A DNA stretch of 43,347 nucleotides from Bacillota bacterium (lineage in GTDB: Bacteria; Bacillota; Desulfitobacteriia; Desulfitobacteriales; JAJXUE01): the NCBI GenBank assembly GCA_021786555.1, contig JAJYNB010000108.1, positions 1-43,347 on the forward strand, in the 5' to 3' direction. Positions 18,225 through 27,649 of this stretch are shown here, piece by piece (the stretch's first letter is position 1; every line of letters begins with the position of its first letter). The notes beneath the pieces are model-generated. The model searched no databases. It was given only the letters and a program-made list of their open reading frames with translations, and was not told the origin of the DNA. A program made the position numbers and the translations under genes.

Positions 18225-19258
18225 TGATGAACCCAGGCTACAGAAAAGAGAGAATTGACCGGGGTATTAAAGTCAGGTCCGACGATGTGTTTGTGCTTGC
18301 TTCCATGCGGGATTTGCTGTATGTGGTCCTGCCGCGGGCCCTGGTAATCATTCTTCTGCTCATCTTCCCGGCGTTTCAGGACATACTGGGCTCCTACTGG
18401 CAGAATGTAATGTTAAGCACCATGGTCATCGCCCTGTTGGCCCTGAGCTGGGACTTGTTGGCCGGCATTGGTTTGGTGTCTTTGGGCCAATCCCTATTTT
18501 TCGGGATGGGCGGATATCTGGCAGGGTACCTGAGCTTTACCTTCGGGTGGGGTCCGCTGTATACCCTTCCTGTTGCTACCGTGGGCGGTGCGCTCCTCTC
18601 CACCTTGACCCTATATCCCATTCTCCGCTTGAGGGGAATTTATTTCGGCATGATCACCTTTGCCGTGCCCCTTTTGTTATCCCGGGTAATAGAGGTAACC
18701 AAAATTCTCGGCGGTACCGAGGGGATGAGCAGTTTGCCGTCCTTCCCCAATACTGGCTTCGAGCTTTATCTGGTCATGGCTGTTCTTTTCGTCACCGTTT
18801 ATGCCTATCGCATGCTGGTAGGGACTGATTACGGCCTGGTGTTCAACGCCATCCGCGACAACGACCGGGCCGTGGTTGCAGCAGGATATGACATCCAGTG
18901 GTATAAGGCTCAGGGGGTCTTTATCGCCGCTCTGCCCGCTTGTTTCGCAGGGGCTTTTATGACCCACCATTTTCAGTTTGTGGGCATGCCCGCTTTCGCG
19001 CTGGACTACTCTATCCTGCCCCTGACCTCAGTGGTAATCGGCGGTGTGGGCACTTTCTTCGGCGCCGTGCTGGGGAGCTTTGTCCTGGTGCCGCTTTCGG
19101 AACTGCTGCGGGAGTTCGGCTCTTTAAGGGTAGTGGTGTATTCCCTGATGCTCCTGGTGTTCACTATAGGCTTGCCGGAAGGGATTTTTCGCTTTGTCCT
19201 GAGGAAATACCACCAGTTCGAACGGCTGGTGCCGATGGAGGAAGCAAGCAATGAATAA
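18221..19258 (+). CDS. ABC transporter permease, LivM family (system 1)
   Basis: 345 aa polytopic membrane protein. ATGA overlap with the upstream gene. Confidence 0.85.
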   Translation: MMMNPGYRKERIDRGIKVRSDDVFVLASMRDLLYVVLPRALVIILLLIFPAFQDILGSYWQNVMLSTMVIALLALSWDLLAGIGLVSLGQSLFFGMGGYLAGYLSFTFGWGPLYTLPVATVGGALLSTLTLYPILRLRGIYFGMITFAVPLLLSRVIEVTKILGGTEGMSSLPSFPNTGFELYLVMAVLFVTVYAYRMLVGTDYGLVFNAIRDNDRAVVAAGYDIQWYKAQGVFIAALPACFAGAFMTHHFQFVGMPAFALDYSILPLTSVVIGGVGTFFGAVLGSFVLVPLSELLREFGSLRVVVYSLMLLVFTIGLPEGIFRFVLRKYHQFERLVPMEEASNE

Positions 19259-20015
19259 TAAAACTATTTTACAGCTTGTGGATTTGAGCAAAAGCTTCGG
19301 CGCCGTAAAGGCAGTGAACGGGGTCAGCTTTGAGCTGAAGCGGGGCGAGGCCCTCGGCGTCATCGGTCCTAACGGCTCAGGCAAGAGCACCCTGATTAAC
19401 TTGATCACAGGTTTTGTCAGGCCTACTTCGGGTAAGGTTATTTTCAAGGGCAGGGATATCACCGGCATCCCTCCCCACAAAGCAGTGAACCTGGGTATAG
19501 CCCGCAGTTTCCAGCTGGCCCGGCCCTTTTACAACATCCCGGTCTACAAGAACGTGGTCATTCCCGTTTACTCCCCCCGGGCCAGAAAGCACCTTGGCGC
19601 CAAGTATGGCGACAGGGACGAAGTGGCGATCCACTTGCTGGAGGACGTGGGTTTCGAACGGGATTCTCAGGTGCCCTATAAAAATGCGGGTGAGCTTCCC
19701 CACGGCTATTTGAAACGGCTGGAACTGGCCCGCTGTCTGGCCCTGGACCCAGACCTGATCATCCTGGACGAACTGTTTTCCGGCATGAGCATGTCGGAAA
19801 TAGCCAGCATTTTACCTCTGCTGGAGCGGATCAGGGAGGAAGGAAAAACCTTGATCATGGTTGAGCACCGCTTGAGCGAACTGTTCAGGGTTGTAGACAA
19901 AACAGTGGTACTGAACTTTGGTAAAAAAATAGCGGAGGGAACACCTCGCCAGGTTATGGCAGTAGAAGAGGTTACCAGTGCCTATCTGGGAAGCGAGGTA
20001 ATCTCCAATGCTTAA
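19251..20015 (+). CDS. ABC transporter ATP-binding protein, LivG family (system 1)
   Basis: Walker A GPNGSGKST and Walker B LIILDE. Confidence 0.9.
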   Translation: MNNKTILQLVDLSKSFGAVKAVNGVSFELKRGEALGVIGPNGSGKSTLINLITGFVRPTSGKVIFKGRDITGIPPHKAVNLGIARSFQLARPFYNIPVYKNVVIPVYSPRARKHLGAKYGDRDEVAIHLLEDVGFERDSQVPYKNAGELPHGYLKRLELARCLALDPDLIILDELFSGMSMSEIASILPLLERIREEGKTLIMVEHRLSELFRVVDKTVVLNFGKKIAEGTPRQVMAVEEVTSAYLGSEVISNA

Positions 20016-20751
20016 AGTAAAGAATCTCATGGTTTTTTTCGAAAACGCCCTGGCAGTGAATGACCTGAGCCTGGAAGTGAATGAAGGCGAGGTTATCGGG
20101 GTATTTGGCTCGAACAGCGCCGGCAAGACCACTTTGCTCAATACCATTGCCGGGCTGACCCGTCACCTCAAATACCGCGAACAGAGAAAAGGCGGCATGC
20201 GGATAACCATCAACGGGGAAATCAAATACGCCGGTGAAGAGATCAGCCGTCTTAAACCGAGCGACCGGGTGGCGCGGGGAATTGTCCTCTGCCGGGAAAG
20301 GCATCCTGTGTTGCGGGACAACACGGTGGAAGAAAACCTCAAGCTGGGCGGTTACCTGCGCAAGGACGGTGAAATCAGGCAGAGCATCTCCTCCGTGTAC
20401 GAGCTGTTTCCCGCCCTGCAAAAGCTGAAGGCCAGAAAAGCCGGGATGCTGAGCGGTGGTGAGAAGGAAATGGTGGCAATCGGCATGGCCATGATAGCTA
20501 AGCCGAAATTGCTCCTGATGGATGAACCCCTCTTGGGCCTAAGCCCCGCTATGCAGCACGAAGTGGTGAGGGGTGTAAAAGAAATTTGCCGCCTGGGAGT
20601 GACCATCCTCATATCTGAGCAGTATGCCAGGCCGATTATGCCTGTAATTGACCGGGGCTATGTCATCGAAAACGGCACCATGGTGGTGAGCGGCACTGGA
20701 GCGGAACTGATGGAGAACCCGGAAGTCAAGTCAGCTTACTTTGGCGCGTAA
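20008..20751 (+). CDS. ABC transporter ATP-binding protein, LivF family (system 1)
   Basis: Walker A GSNSAGKTT, signature LSGGEKEM, Walker B LLLMDEP. Confidence 0.9.
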   Translation: MLKVKNLMVFFENALAVNDLSLEVNEGEVIGVFGSNSAGKTTLLNTIAGLTRHLKYREQRKGGMRITINGEIKYAGEEISRLKPSDRVARGIVLCRERHPVLRDNTVEENLKLGGYLRKDGEIRQSISSVYELFPALQKLKARKAGMLSGGEKEMVAIGMAMIAKPKLLLMDEPLLGLSPAMQHEVVRGVKEICRLGVTILISEQYARPIMPVIDRGYVIENGTMVVSGTGAELMENPEVKSAYFGA

Positions 20752-20771
20752 GGAAGCGAGGTGCACAAAAC

Positions 20772-22403
20772 TTGGCAGAACATTTTAACTCTATCAGCGA
20801 AACCTTCAGGCAGATTGCCCGCAAGGTTCCCAACAAGACAGGGCTCATCTACCTGGGTGAAAAATTCAACTATGAGAAACTGGATCTCTTCTCCGACAAG
20901 CTGGCAGGGGCTCTTTTCAGGCAGGGGGTAAGAAAAGGGGACAGGATTATTATCTATGCCCCGCACTGTCCACAGTGGATCATAACCTGGCTGGCAGTAC
21001 AGAAGCTGGGCGGGGTCGCAGTACCGGTAACCCACTTATACGGTCCGAAGGACCTGATGTACATCGCCAATGACAGTGGGGCAGAAACCATTTTCTGTAC
21101 GGACACCAACTTCGGCTATGTAAACAGAATACTGGCAGACACGAAATTGAAACGGGTGGTTGTCACCGGCATTGCCGACCTCTTGCCCCGCTGGAAGAGG
21201 ATGCTGGGAGCCATGCTGGACAAAATCCCCAACGGCAAATTCAGCTTAGGGGAAAAAGTTTTCCTGTTTAAGAACCTGCTCAAGGACAGCGCTCCCCCAC
21301 CCGCTCTGGAGATGACGGGCGAGGAGATCTCAGAAACCCTCTATACGGGCGGCACCACCGGTTTTCCCAAGGGTGTGCCCATCGGCAACGCCCTGTTTTT
21401 GGAAAGCTCAGCCGAACAGCGGAAGGGCAGCCTTGCTTTGATTCCCTTAGGTGAGGATATAGTCTTGCAGGGAGCGCCGCTCTATCACATCCTGGGTCAG
21501 ATGGTGGGATTCGGCTGCCTGTTAGCGGGGGAAACCCTCGTACTCCTTCCCAAAAACCACCTTGACGCTATGTTTGACCATATCCGGCGCTACAAGGTCA
21601 AGAGCATTCTTGGCACCCCCACCATGTACAGGATGATGCTGGAGCACGACCGGATAGACCAGTATAATCTTAAAAGCCTGGAATATGCTTTTTGTGCCGG
21701 GGATGTACTGCCGCGGGAGGTTGCCAACCGGTGGCTGCGTAAGATTGGCAAGCCCCTGTACCAAGGGTACGGGGCTACGGAAACCTGCGGTGGGGTGGCA
21801 AACACGCCTGCCGGCCAGGCTGTGCCGGAGGGGGCTGCAGGGAGAATTCTCCCAATCAAGCAAATCTTGGTTGTGAACAGCGATACCCTTGAACCTGTAC
21901 GCGAGAACGAGTCGGGCGAGCTCCTGGTCTCATCCCGGCATATGGTAGCCGGTTATTGGAACAAACCCGAGGAAACCGGCCTGCACTTTGTTCAGCTACA
22001 GGGGGTGCTCTGGTACAGGACAGGTGACATCGTCAGACTCGACTCTGAGGGCTGGCTCTACTTTATGGACCGCTCGGTCGATGTGATCAAGCACAAAGGA
22101 TACAGGGTCGCAGCATCCAAGATTGACAATGTCCTGCAGGAACACGCGGCGGTAATTGCTGCCTGTACCATAGGGGTTCCCGACCCTGCTGTCGGGGAAA
22201 GGATCAAGTCCTATGTGGTGGTCAAAGATGACGTCAAGGGTGTGAGCGCCCAGGAACTGCTCAAGTGGTGCAGGGAGCGCCTGGCAACCTATGAGGTGCC
22301 CCAGTACATCGAATTCCGCGATATGCTGCCGAAATCAAAAGTCGGCAAGATCCTGCGGCGAGAGTTGAGAGCAGAAGAAAAGCGCAAGGCAGAAGCATCA
22401 TAA
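20772..22403 (+). CDS. AMP-dependent acyl-CoA synthetase/ligase (intact)
   Basis: YTGGTTGFPKG, QGYGATE and a C-terminal PKSKVGKILRREL motif. 543 aa. TTG start. Confidence 0.85.
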   Translation: MAEHFNSISETFRQIARKVPNKTGLIYLGEKFNYEKLDLFSDKLAGALFRQGVRKGDRIIIYAPHCPQWIITWLAVQKLGGVAVPVTHLYGPKDLMYIANDSGAETIFCTDTNFGYVNRILADTKLKRVVVTGIADLLPRWKRMLGAMLDKIPNGKFSLGEKVFLFKNLLKDSAPPPALEMTGEEISETLYTGGTTGFPKGVPIGNALFLESSAEQRKGSLALIPLGEDIVLQGAPLYHILGQMVGFGCLLAGETLVLLPKNHLDAMFDHIRRYKVKSILGTPTMYRMMLEHDRIDQYNLKSLEYAFCAGDVLPREVANRWLRKIGKPLYQGYGATETCGGVANTPAGQAVPEGAAGRILPIKQILVVNSDTLEPVRENESGELLVSSRHMVAGYWNKPEETGLHFVQLQGVLWYRTGDIVRLDSEGWLYFMDRSVDVIKHKGYRVAASKIDNVLQEHAAVIAACTIGVPDPAVGERIKSYVVVKDDVKGVSAQELLKWCRERLATYEVPQYIEFRDMLPKSKVGKILRRELRAEEKRKAEAS

Positions 22404-22429
22404 CACCGGTCAGGGAGGCGAAAACTGTA

Positions 22430-22456
22430 TTAAGGGGATACCCCTTAATTTTTTTT
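22430..22456 (+). terminator. Intrinsic terminator
   Basis: ttaagggg-ata-ccccttaa followed by TTTTTTTT. Confidence 0.85.
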
Positions 22457-22624
22457 GATTCTTTACGGCACTCTCAAGTTTGTGCCCGGGAAATTCCAGG
22501 TTTCTAATAAAGTTTTAATCCATGTAGCTTAAAATGACAACGATAGCACATCCGTACTTGAAAACTAATAGATGATTCGGGCAGATTGTGTTTGAAAGCT
22601 GGGCATTATAAACTAGAGGGTGTA

Positions 22625-23299
22625 ATGATGAAAATTCTGGTTGTAGAAGATGACAGCTCTTTGCTCGGGCTGATCAGCAGTGTGTTAAAAGAAGAGTCTT
22701 ACCAGGTCGATTGCGCAGACAGCGGCAGCGAGGGGTTGCTGATGGCCGAAAGGGATGTTTACGATGCCTTGATTCTGGACATCATGCTGCCTGAGATTGA
22801 TGGCTTGTCCATTGTCAAAAGGCTTCGCGCCCAGTCTGTCAAAACACCGGTCCTGTTCTTAACAGCCAGAGACAGCGTAGAAGACCGTGTCAAGGGCTTG
22901 GATGTAGGAGCAGACGATTATCTTGTCAAGCCTTTTGCCATCAGTGAATTGTTGGCCCGGGTAAGAGCACTGCTGCGCAGGACGAAGGGAGAGATGGATG
23001 GAGAAATTTCCTATGGCCCGATCTCACTCCAGCCAAACACCCATGACGGCTTTGCCGGCGAACACCAGCTTAATCTGACAGTAAAGGAATATGAGCTGCT
23101 GGAGTTCTTGCTGCGCAACAGCGAGCAGATTTTGCTGCGTGAGCAGATTTTTAACCGGATTTGGGGATTTGACTCCGAGTCCGGTATCAACGTTGTTGAC
23201 GTGTATGTGCATTATTTGCGCAAAAAACTGGCGCAATACGACTGCGGCGACTTCATCAAAACAGTGCGCGGCGTCGGCTATATGCTCAAGGGAGAATAG
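22625..23299 (+). CDS. OmpR-family response regulator
   Basis: Receiver domain (KILVVEDD, LILDIMLP) and winged-helix output (TVRGVGYML). Confidence 0.9.
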   Translation: MMKILVVEDDSSLLGLISSVLKEESYQVDCADSGSEGLLMAERDVYDALILDIMLPEIDGLSIVKRLRAQSVKTPVLFLTARDSVEDRVKGLDVGADDYLVKPFAISELLARVRALLRRTKGEMDGEISYGPISLQPNTHDGFAGEHQLNLTVKEYELLEFLLRNSEQILLREQIFNRIWGFDSESGINVVDVYVHYLRKKLAQYDCGDFIKTVRGVGYMLKGE

Positions 23300-23304
23300 A
23301 CCTT

Positions 23305-24582
23305 ATGTTTCAAAAAACCCGGGTCCGCTTGGCAGCTTTAAACACGCTGGTACTGTTTGTGATTCTCCTCCTGTTTGGGGGAGTTATCTATCTGTATTCG
23401 TACAGGCGTTTGTACGGGCGGGTTGACGTTACGCTTGAGGCGGCAGCCAATCATCTTCAACAGGAGCACTACAGGGACCTGAACCGTCCGGCTGATGACC
23501 GTCCGGCAGACCGGAGAGTAGTAGTCTTGCTCTGGAATAAAGAAGGCCGTTTGCTGGCGCAAGTGCCGCCCGATGCTTTTTTCGCCGCAGATTTGACCAA
23601 GTTTGCCGGCGCCTCCAATGGTTTTCGCAATGTGACTACCGCCGACGGCCATAAATATCGTGCTTTATCCGTTCTTCTGACTCAACCCACGCTGTCAGCA
23701 GGAAATATTACCGCAGGGTTAAGTCCGGATTCAACTATTCTGTTGGTCATGAATATTGATCCGGAATCCCAAATGCTGAGCGACCTGGTGCTGATCATCG
23801 TCATCGGCAGTCTTTCCGGTGGGTTGGTTTCTCTGCTTGCGGGCCTTTTTCTCGCCAACCGTGCCTTGATTCCAATCAAGAAGTCCTGGGACAAACAACA
23901 AGAGTTTGTGGCTGATGCCTCCCACGAATTGCGCACACCTCTTTCCGTCATTCAGGGTCATCTCGAGCTTCTGTTCCGCCATCCTGATCATACTATCGAA
24001 CAGGACAGCGAGAAACTTTCCGCCGTCCTGTCTGAAGTAAAACGAATGACTAAGCTGGTTACCCAGCTGCTGACCCTGGCCCGCTCTGATTCCAACCAAC
24101 TTGAACTGGAACTTATGGAGTTCGGCCTGGGGCGGTTAATCACAGATATAGCAGAACAGTTTAAGATGCTGGCGGAAACCAAGAATATTAGCATAGAGAC
24201 TTTATTAGATAAAAACATTGACTTTTACGGTGACAAGCAGCGTATCAACCAACTCCTGGTAATCCTTTTGGATAATGCTCTGAAGTTTACGCCTGAATCT
24301 GGCAGGATCAGGATAATTGGGAACAGGGTAAGGCACGGCATAAAAATTACTGTGGAGGACACGGGGCCGGGAATTCCCGCTAAAGCTTTACCTTTTGTGT
24401 TTGACCGGTTTTACCGCGGCGATAAGGTTCGGACGCGCAGCGGCAGTGGAACGGGACTCGGCCTGGCCATTGCCAAATGGATAGTAAAAGCTCACCAGGG
24501 AGAGATCTGGGCTGAAAGCAAAGCAGGCGAAGGGACCAGAATTCACATCTCGCTCCCGCTAAGGCGCCCCAGGCAGGCTTAA
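23305..24582 (+). CDS. Sensor histidine kinase (two transmembrane segments, HisKA + HATPase)
   Basis: H-box ADASHELRTPL, G-boxes DTGPGI and GTGLGLAI, and two hydrophobic segments flanking an extracytoplasmic loop of about 130 aa. Confidence 0.9.
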   Translation: MFQKTRVRLAALNTLVLFVILLLFGGVIYLYSYRRLYGRVDVTLEAAANHLQQEHYRDLNRPADDRPADRRVVVLLWNKEGRLLAQVPPDAFFAADLTKFAGASNGFRNVTTADGHKYRALSVLLTQPTLSAGNITAGLSPDSTILLVMNIDPESQMLSDLVLIIVIGSLSGGLVSLLAGLFLANRALIPIKKSWDKQQEFVADASHELRTPLSVIQGHLELLFRHPDHTIEQDSEKLSAVLSEVKRMTKLVTQLLTLARSDSNQLELELMEFGLGRLITDIAEQFKMLAETKNISIETLLDKNIDFYGDKQRINQLLVILLDNALKFTPESGRIRIIGNRVRHGIKITVEDTGPGIPAKALPFVFDRFYRGDKVRTRSGSGTGLGLAIAKWIVKAHQGEIWAESKAGEGTRIHISLPLRRPRQA

Positions 24583-24730
24583 GCGTCAAGCCAATCTGAA
24601 TAAATATATTTGTCAAAGCTGGGTCAAAAGCCCGGCTTTTCTAATGTTTATATTCTGTTAAGTCATTAGTGAAACTGGTGTTGTAGTTTTGCGACGGATG
24701 TTTCCAAAATGCAACAGTAAAGCTTTCAAC

Positions 24731-24760
24731 AGCGGCAAACAGGCTTTGCCGCTTTTTGTT
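24731..24760 (+). terminator. Strong intrinsic terminator about 150 nt downstream of the kinase stop
   Basis: agcggcaaa-caggc-tttgccgct followed by TTTTGTT. A weaker hairpin plus TTTT lies at 24618-24640. Confidence 0.7.
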
Positions 24761-24837
24761 GTCCAGAAGCTGCAGCTGGTGTTGCAGAATTGCCACGCCG
24801 GTGGGCGCCAGGGCGCCTTAGGACGGCTATCCTGAAC

Positions 24838-24853
24838 TGGCATAAGATTTGCT
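24838..24853 (+). promoter_or_regulatory. sigma54 -24/-12 promoter candidate P3
   Basis: TGGCATaagatTTGCT, about 43 nt upstream of the GTG at 24896. Confidence 0.7.
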
Positions 24854-24895
24854 TTAATCTGACTGAAAGATATTAGATTGGTGGAGGTGTCTGCT

Positions 24896-26869
24896 GTGAC
24901 AAAGCCAGGTGAGAAAAAACTTGCTCACTTATTTCAACCGGGCAAAATAGGGAAATTTGAGACCAAGAACAGGGTAAAGTATGGGGCGTGCTGCGTGTCC
25001 AACTACAACACAAGGGACGGCTTCATCACGGAAAGGGAACTGGCGCGCACCAAGGTAATTGCCGGGACAGGGTCTGGTATCATTACAAACCAGGGGGCAT
25101 ATCCGGATCCCAAGGGTGAAGGCAAGGCCTATTTCCGCCAGATAGCATTGTTTGACGACAAGTTTATGCCCCAATTCGAAAAGATTGCCGGGTATATTCA
25201 TGACAACGGCGGTGTGGCTATTCAACAGATACTCCATGCTGGGCGCTATGGCGGGATTGACCTGGGGTACTGCATCCAGCCTTCAGTGGTTCCCCAGACT
25301 TTGCCTCATTTCCGTCCGCCCCGGGAGGTAAGCAAAGAGGATATCAGACAAATGGTAAAGGAACACGCCGAGGCCGCCAGAAGGGCTGTCAGAGCGGGCT
25401 TCGACGGAGTGGAAATCACCAGTTTTATGGGGTATTTGCTGGCGAACTTTAATTCCAAGTTTACCAACCAACGCACCGATGAGTATGGCGGTTCGGTGGA
25501 AAACAGGGGCCGCTTCATGCGGGAACTGATTTATGCCATCAAGGATTCTATCGGGGAGGAGCACCCCCTGGTAGTCCGCCTGAACGGAGCGGAGCTTATG
25601 GACCGCTGGGGCGGAAACAGCGAGGACGAGTGTTTCGAACTGATGCAGATGGCCGGGAAGAGCGGTCTGGACATGATCAGCGTCACGGTAGGCTGGCAGG
25701 AGGCACCCGTTTCTTCCATTGGGCGTGATGTGCCCCCCGGGCACTGGAACCGTCTGGCGGCACGGGCCAAAAAACTGCTGCCCGATATACCTATCGCCTT
25801 CGGTGTAAGGCTGCCGGATCCGGTCATGGCTAACGAGTGCATTGAAAAAGGGGATTTTGATTTCTGGGAGGTCTGCCGCCCTCTCCTGGCCGACCCGGAA
25901 CTGGTACGCAAAGCTGCGGAGGACCGCCTGGATGAAGTAAGGCCCTGCCTGGGTGACATGCTCTGCCTCTCCCGGCTGTTCCGCGACCTGCCTTATCTCT
26001 GCACCTGCAACCCTGCCCTGGGCCATGAGGTGGAGCCTGAGTACCACATCAAGCCGGCAGCGGTAAAAAAGAAAATCATGGTGATAGGGGCAGGCCCGGC
26101 GGGAATGGAGTTTGCAATCAACGCTGTTAAACGAGGTCATGAGGTGACGATTTTCGAAAAGGGAGATAGCTTGGGTGGGAATCTTGCGTCCTACGCCGCC
26201 CATGACCTGGCCAATCCGGAAGACCTGCAGAAACTGCTGGCCCAGTACAAGAAGATGGTTGAAAAGCTCGGCATTGAGGTCCGGTTGAACACGGAAGTTA
26301 ACCCTAAACTTATGCGCAGTATCCTGCATAAGTTCGATGTGGCCGTAGTTGCGACCGGGGCCAGAATTGACCTGGGAGGGGTTCCGGCGGCAGAACAGCA
26401 AGGTCTGGTAATCAGCGCTCTGGACGCGGCCGCGGGAAATGCCCGGCTTGGCAGCAAGGTAGTGGTGCTGGGCGGCGGCAAAATAGGGCTGGTGCTGGCC
26501 GAGTTCCTCAAGACCAAAGGGGTGGATGTGACCATTGTCGAAAAAGCAAAACGGATTGGGGAAGATGTGATTCCAGCCTGGAAGTGGCGCCATACTTCCT
26601 GGGTCGGCGGTTTGAAGATTCCGGTCCTTACCGGCAGCGGTGCGCAAAAAATTGCAGGTGAAGGGGTTACGGTTATCAACGAAAAGGGCGAAGAAAGCTT
26701 CGTTGCTGCAGACACAGTGATAGCCGCCGCGCCGAGAAAATCGAACCAGGAACTGGCCCAGGAACTGGAGTTTATGGTAGATGAACTGCACATGATCGGG
26801 GACGCAGTTTCTCCCCGGGGCTTGTACCAGGCAATCCACGAGGGCTACCGCCTGGGGATGCGGATTTAG
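24896..26869 (+). CDS. FadH/OYE-family FMN + Fe-S + FAD/NAD(P) oxidoreductase (2,4-dienoyl-CoA reductase / enoate reductase type)
   Basis: OYE-like TIM-barrel motifs (ILHAGRYG, MGYLLANFNSKFTNQRTDEYGGSVENRGRF), a Cys cluster at aa 357-377, and two GxGxxG folds (VIGAGPAG, VLGGGKIG). The GTG start at 24896 follows RBS GGAGGTG. Confidence 0.8.
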   Translation: MTKPGEKKLAHLFQPGKIGKFETKNRVKYGACCVSNYNTRDGFITERELARTKVIAGTGSGIITNQGAYPDPKGEGKAYFRQIALFDDKFMPQFEKIAGYIHDNGGVAIQQILHAGRYGGIDLGYCIQPSVVPQTLPHFRPPREVSKEDIRQMVKEHAEAARRAVRAGFDGVEITSFMGYLLANFNSKFTNQRTDEYGGSVENRGRFMRELIYAIKDSIGEEHPLVVRLNGAELMDRWGGNSEDECFELMQMAGKSGLDMISVTVGWQEAPVSSIGRDVPPGHWNRLAARAKKLLPDIPIAFGVRLPDPVMANECIEKGDFDFWEVCRPLLADPELVRKAAEDRLDEVRPCLGDMLCLSRLFRDLPYLCTCNPALGHEVEPEYHIKPAAVKKKIMVIGAGPAGMEFAINAVKRGHEVTIFEKGDSLGGNLASYAAHDLANPEDLQKLLAQYKKMVEKLGIEVRLNTEVNPKLMRSILHKFDVAVVATGARIDLGGVPAAEQQGLVISALDAAAGNARLGSKVVVLGGGKIGLVLAEFLKTKGVDVTIVEKAKRIGEDVIPAWKWRHTSWVGGLKIPVLTGSGAQKIAGEGVTVINEKGEESFVAADTVIAAAPRKSNQELAQELEFMVDELHMIGDAVSPRGLYQAIHEGYRLGMRI

Positions 26870-26891
26870 AACAATTTAAGGGGGGAACGGA

Positions 26892-27320
26892 ATGACCACC
26901 GCTTTAATTGACTATTTGTCGGATCTGAATACCTGGCAAGCTGCGCTTGATTCGCAGCAAGCTGTGTTTGCAGCTATGCTCCCCGGCGCAAGTATTGGGA
27001 TTATTCCTAAAAGGGAGTTTCACTCACCCGGAGGGAATATGTTGGTGTGGGAAGCCCGTCAAGGCAGGATGGTGGCCTTGGAGCAGGGTTTTTCCGGCAT
27101 ACGCAGCGTTGGAGTTGACCTGCTGTTTGTATCAGACGATGAAGCCATCGAAGCTTTGCACGGTCTGAGAGGTAGTGCGGCCTTTGAGGAGATGAAGGAA
27201 TTTATCCGGCAGGGGAGCATCCTGTTTTATGTTCTGAAGACAAAGGATGCCCTCTTGGATCTGGGATTTGAGGAATTTCTCGAGGCTTTGGGCCTGGCCT
27301 TTATAGGCGCCTGCCGTTAA
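26892..27320 (+). CDS. Hypothetical protein (142 aa)
   Basis: Good RBS AAGGGGGGA. Tight spacing after the reductase gene. No motif recognised. Confidence 0.5.
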   Translation: MTTALIDYLSDLNTWQAALDSQQAVFAAMLPGASIGIIPKREFHSPGGNMLVWEARQGRMVALEQGFSGIRSVGVDLLFVSDDEAIEALHGLRGSAAFEEMKEFIRQGSILFYVLKTKDALLDLGFEEFLEALGLAFIGACR

Positions 27321-27349
27321 CTTTGAATTCTGCCGGGGGGTGGCTGCCA

Positions 27350-27529
27350 ATGATTTTTTTCAATCCCAGCGGGGCCCCGGAGTTGGCCTGCAATGCCTGC
27401 GGCTGTCGCTGGTTTGACCGTATGACCGATACTTGTTACGAGTGCGGCGCTGAAGTCTCAGAGGAGGATGTGGCCGAATTTCACAAAGCCCTGGCAGCCT
27501 TCCAGCCCGGGAGGCAGCAGGAAAAATAG
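27350..27529 (+). CDS. Small zinc-ribbon-like protein (59 aa)
   Basis: CNAC...CYEC four-Cys pattern. The ATG at 27350 follows a G-rich RBS. Confidence 0.45.
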   Translation: MIFFNPSGAPELACNACGCRWFDRMTDTCYECGAEVSEEDVAEFHKALAAFQPGRQQEK

Positions 27530-27649
27530 GTGTTCCTGGCTGTCCGGCAGGACTGGCTGCCCGAACCGCCAGGTGGCTGATTTAGTCAGCTATAACCTAA
27601 AAAACTGCATTTTAACGAGAAATAGCTGAGTTTGGAGAGCCTTTGTGCT

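Noticed and set aside
25283-26839. 518-aa ORF on the minus strand
   Set aside because: It is entirely antisense to the well-supported OYE/FadH-type gene. It has low-complexity, motif-free sequence and no RBS. It is a shadow ORF of a codon-biased gene.
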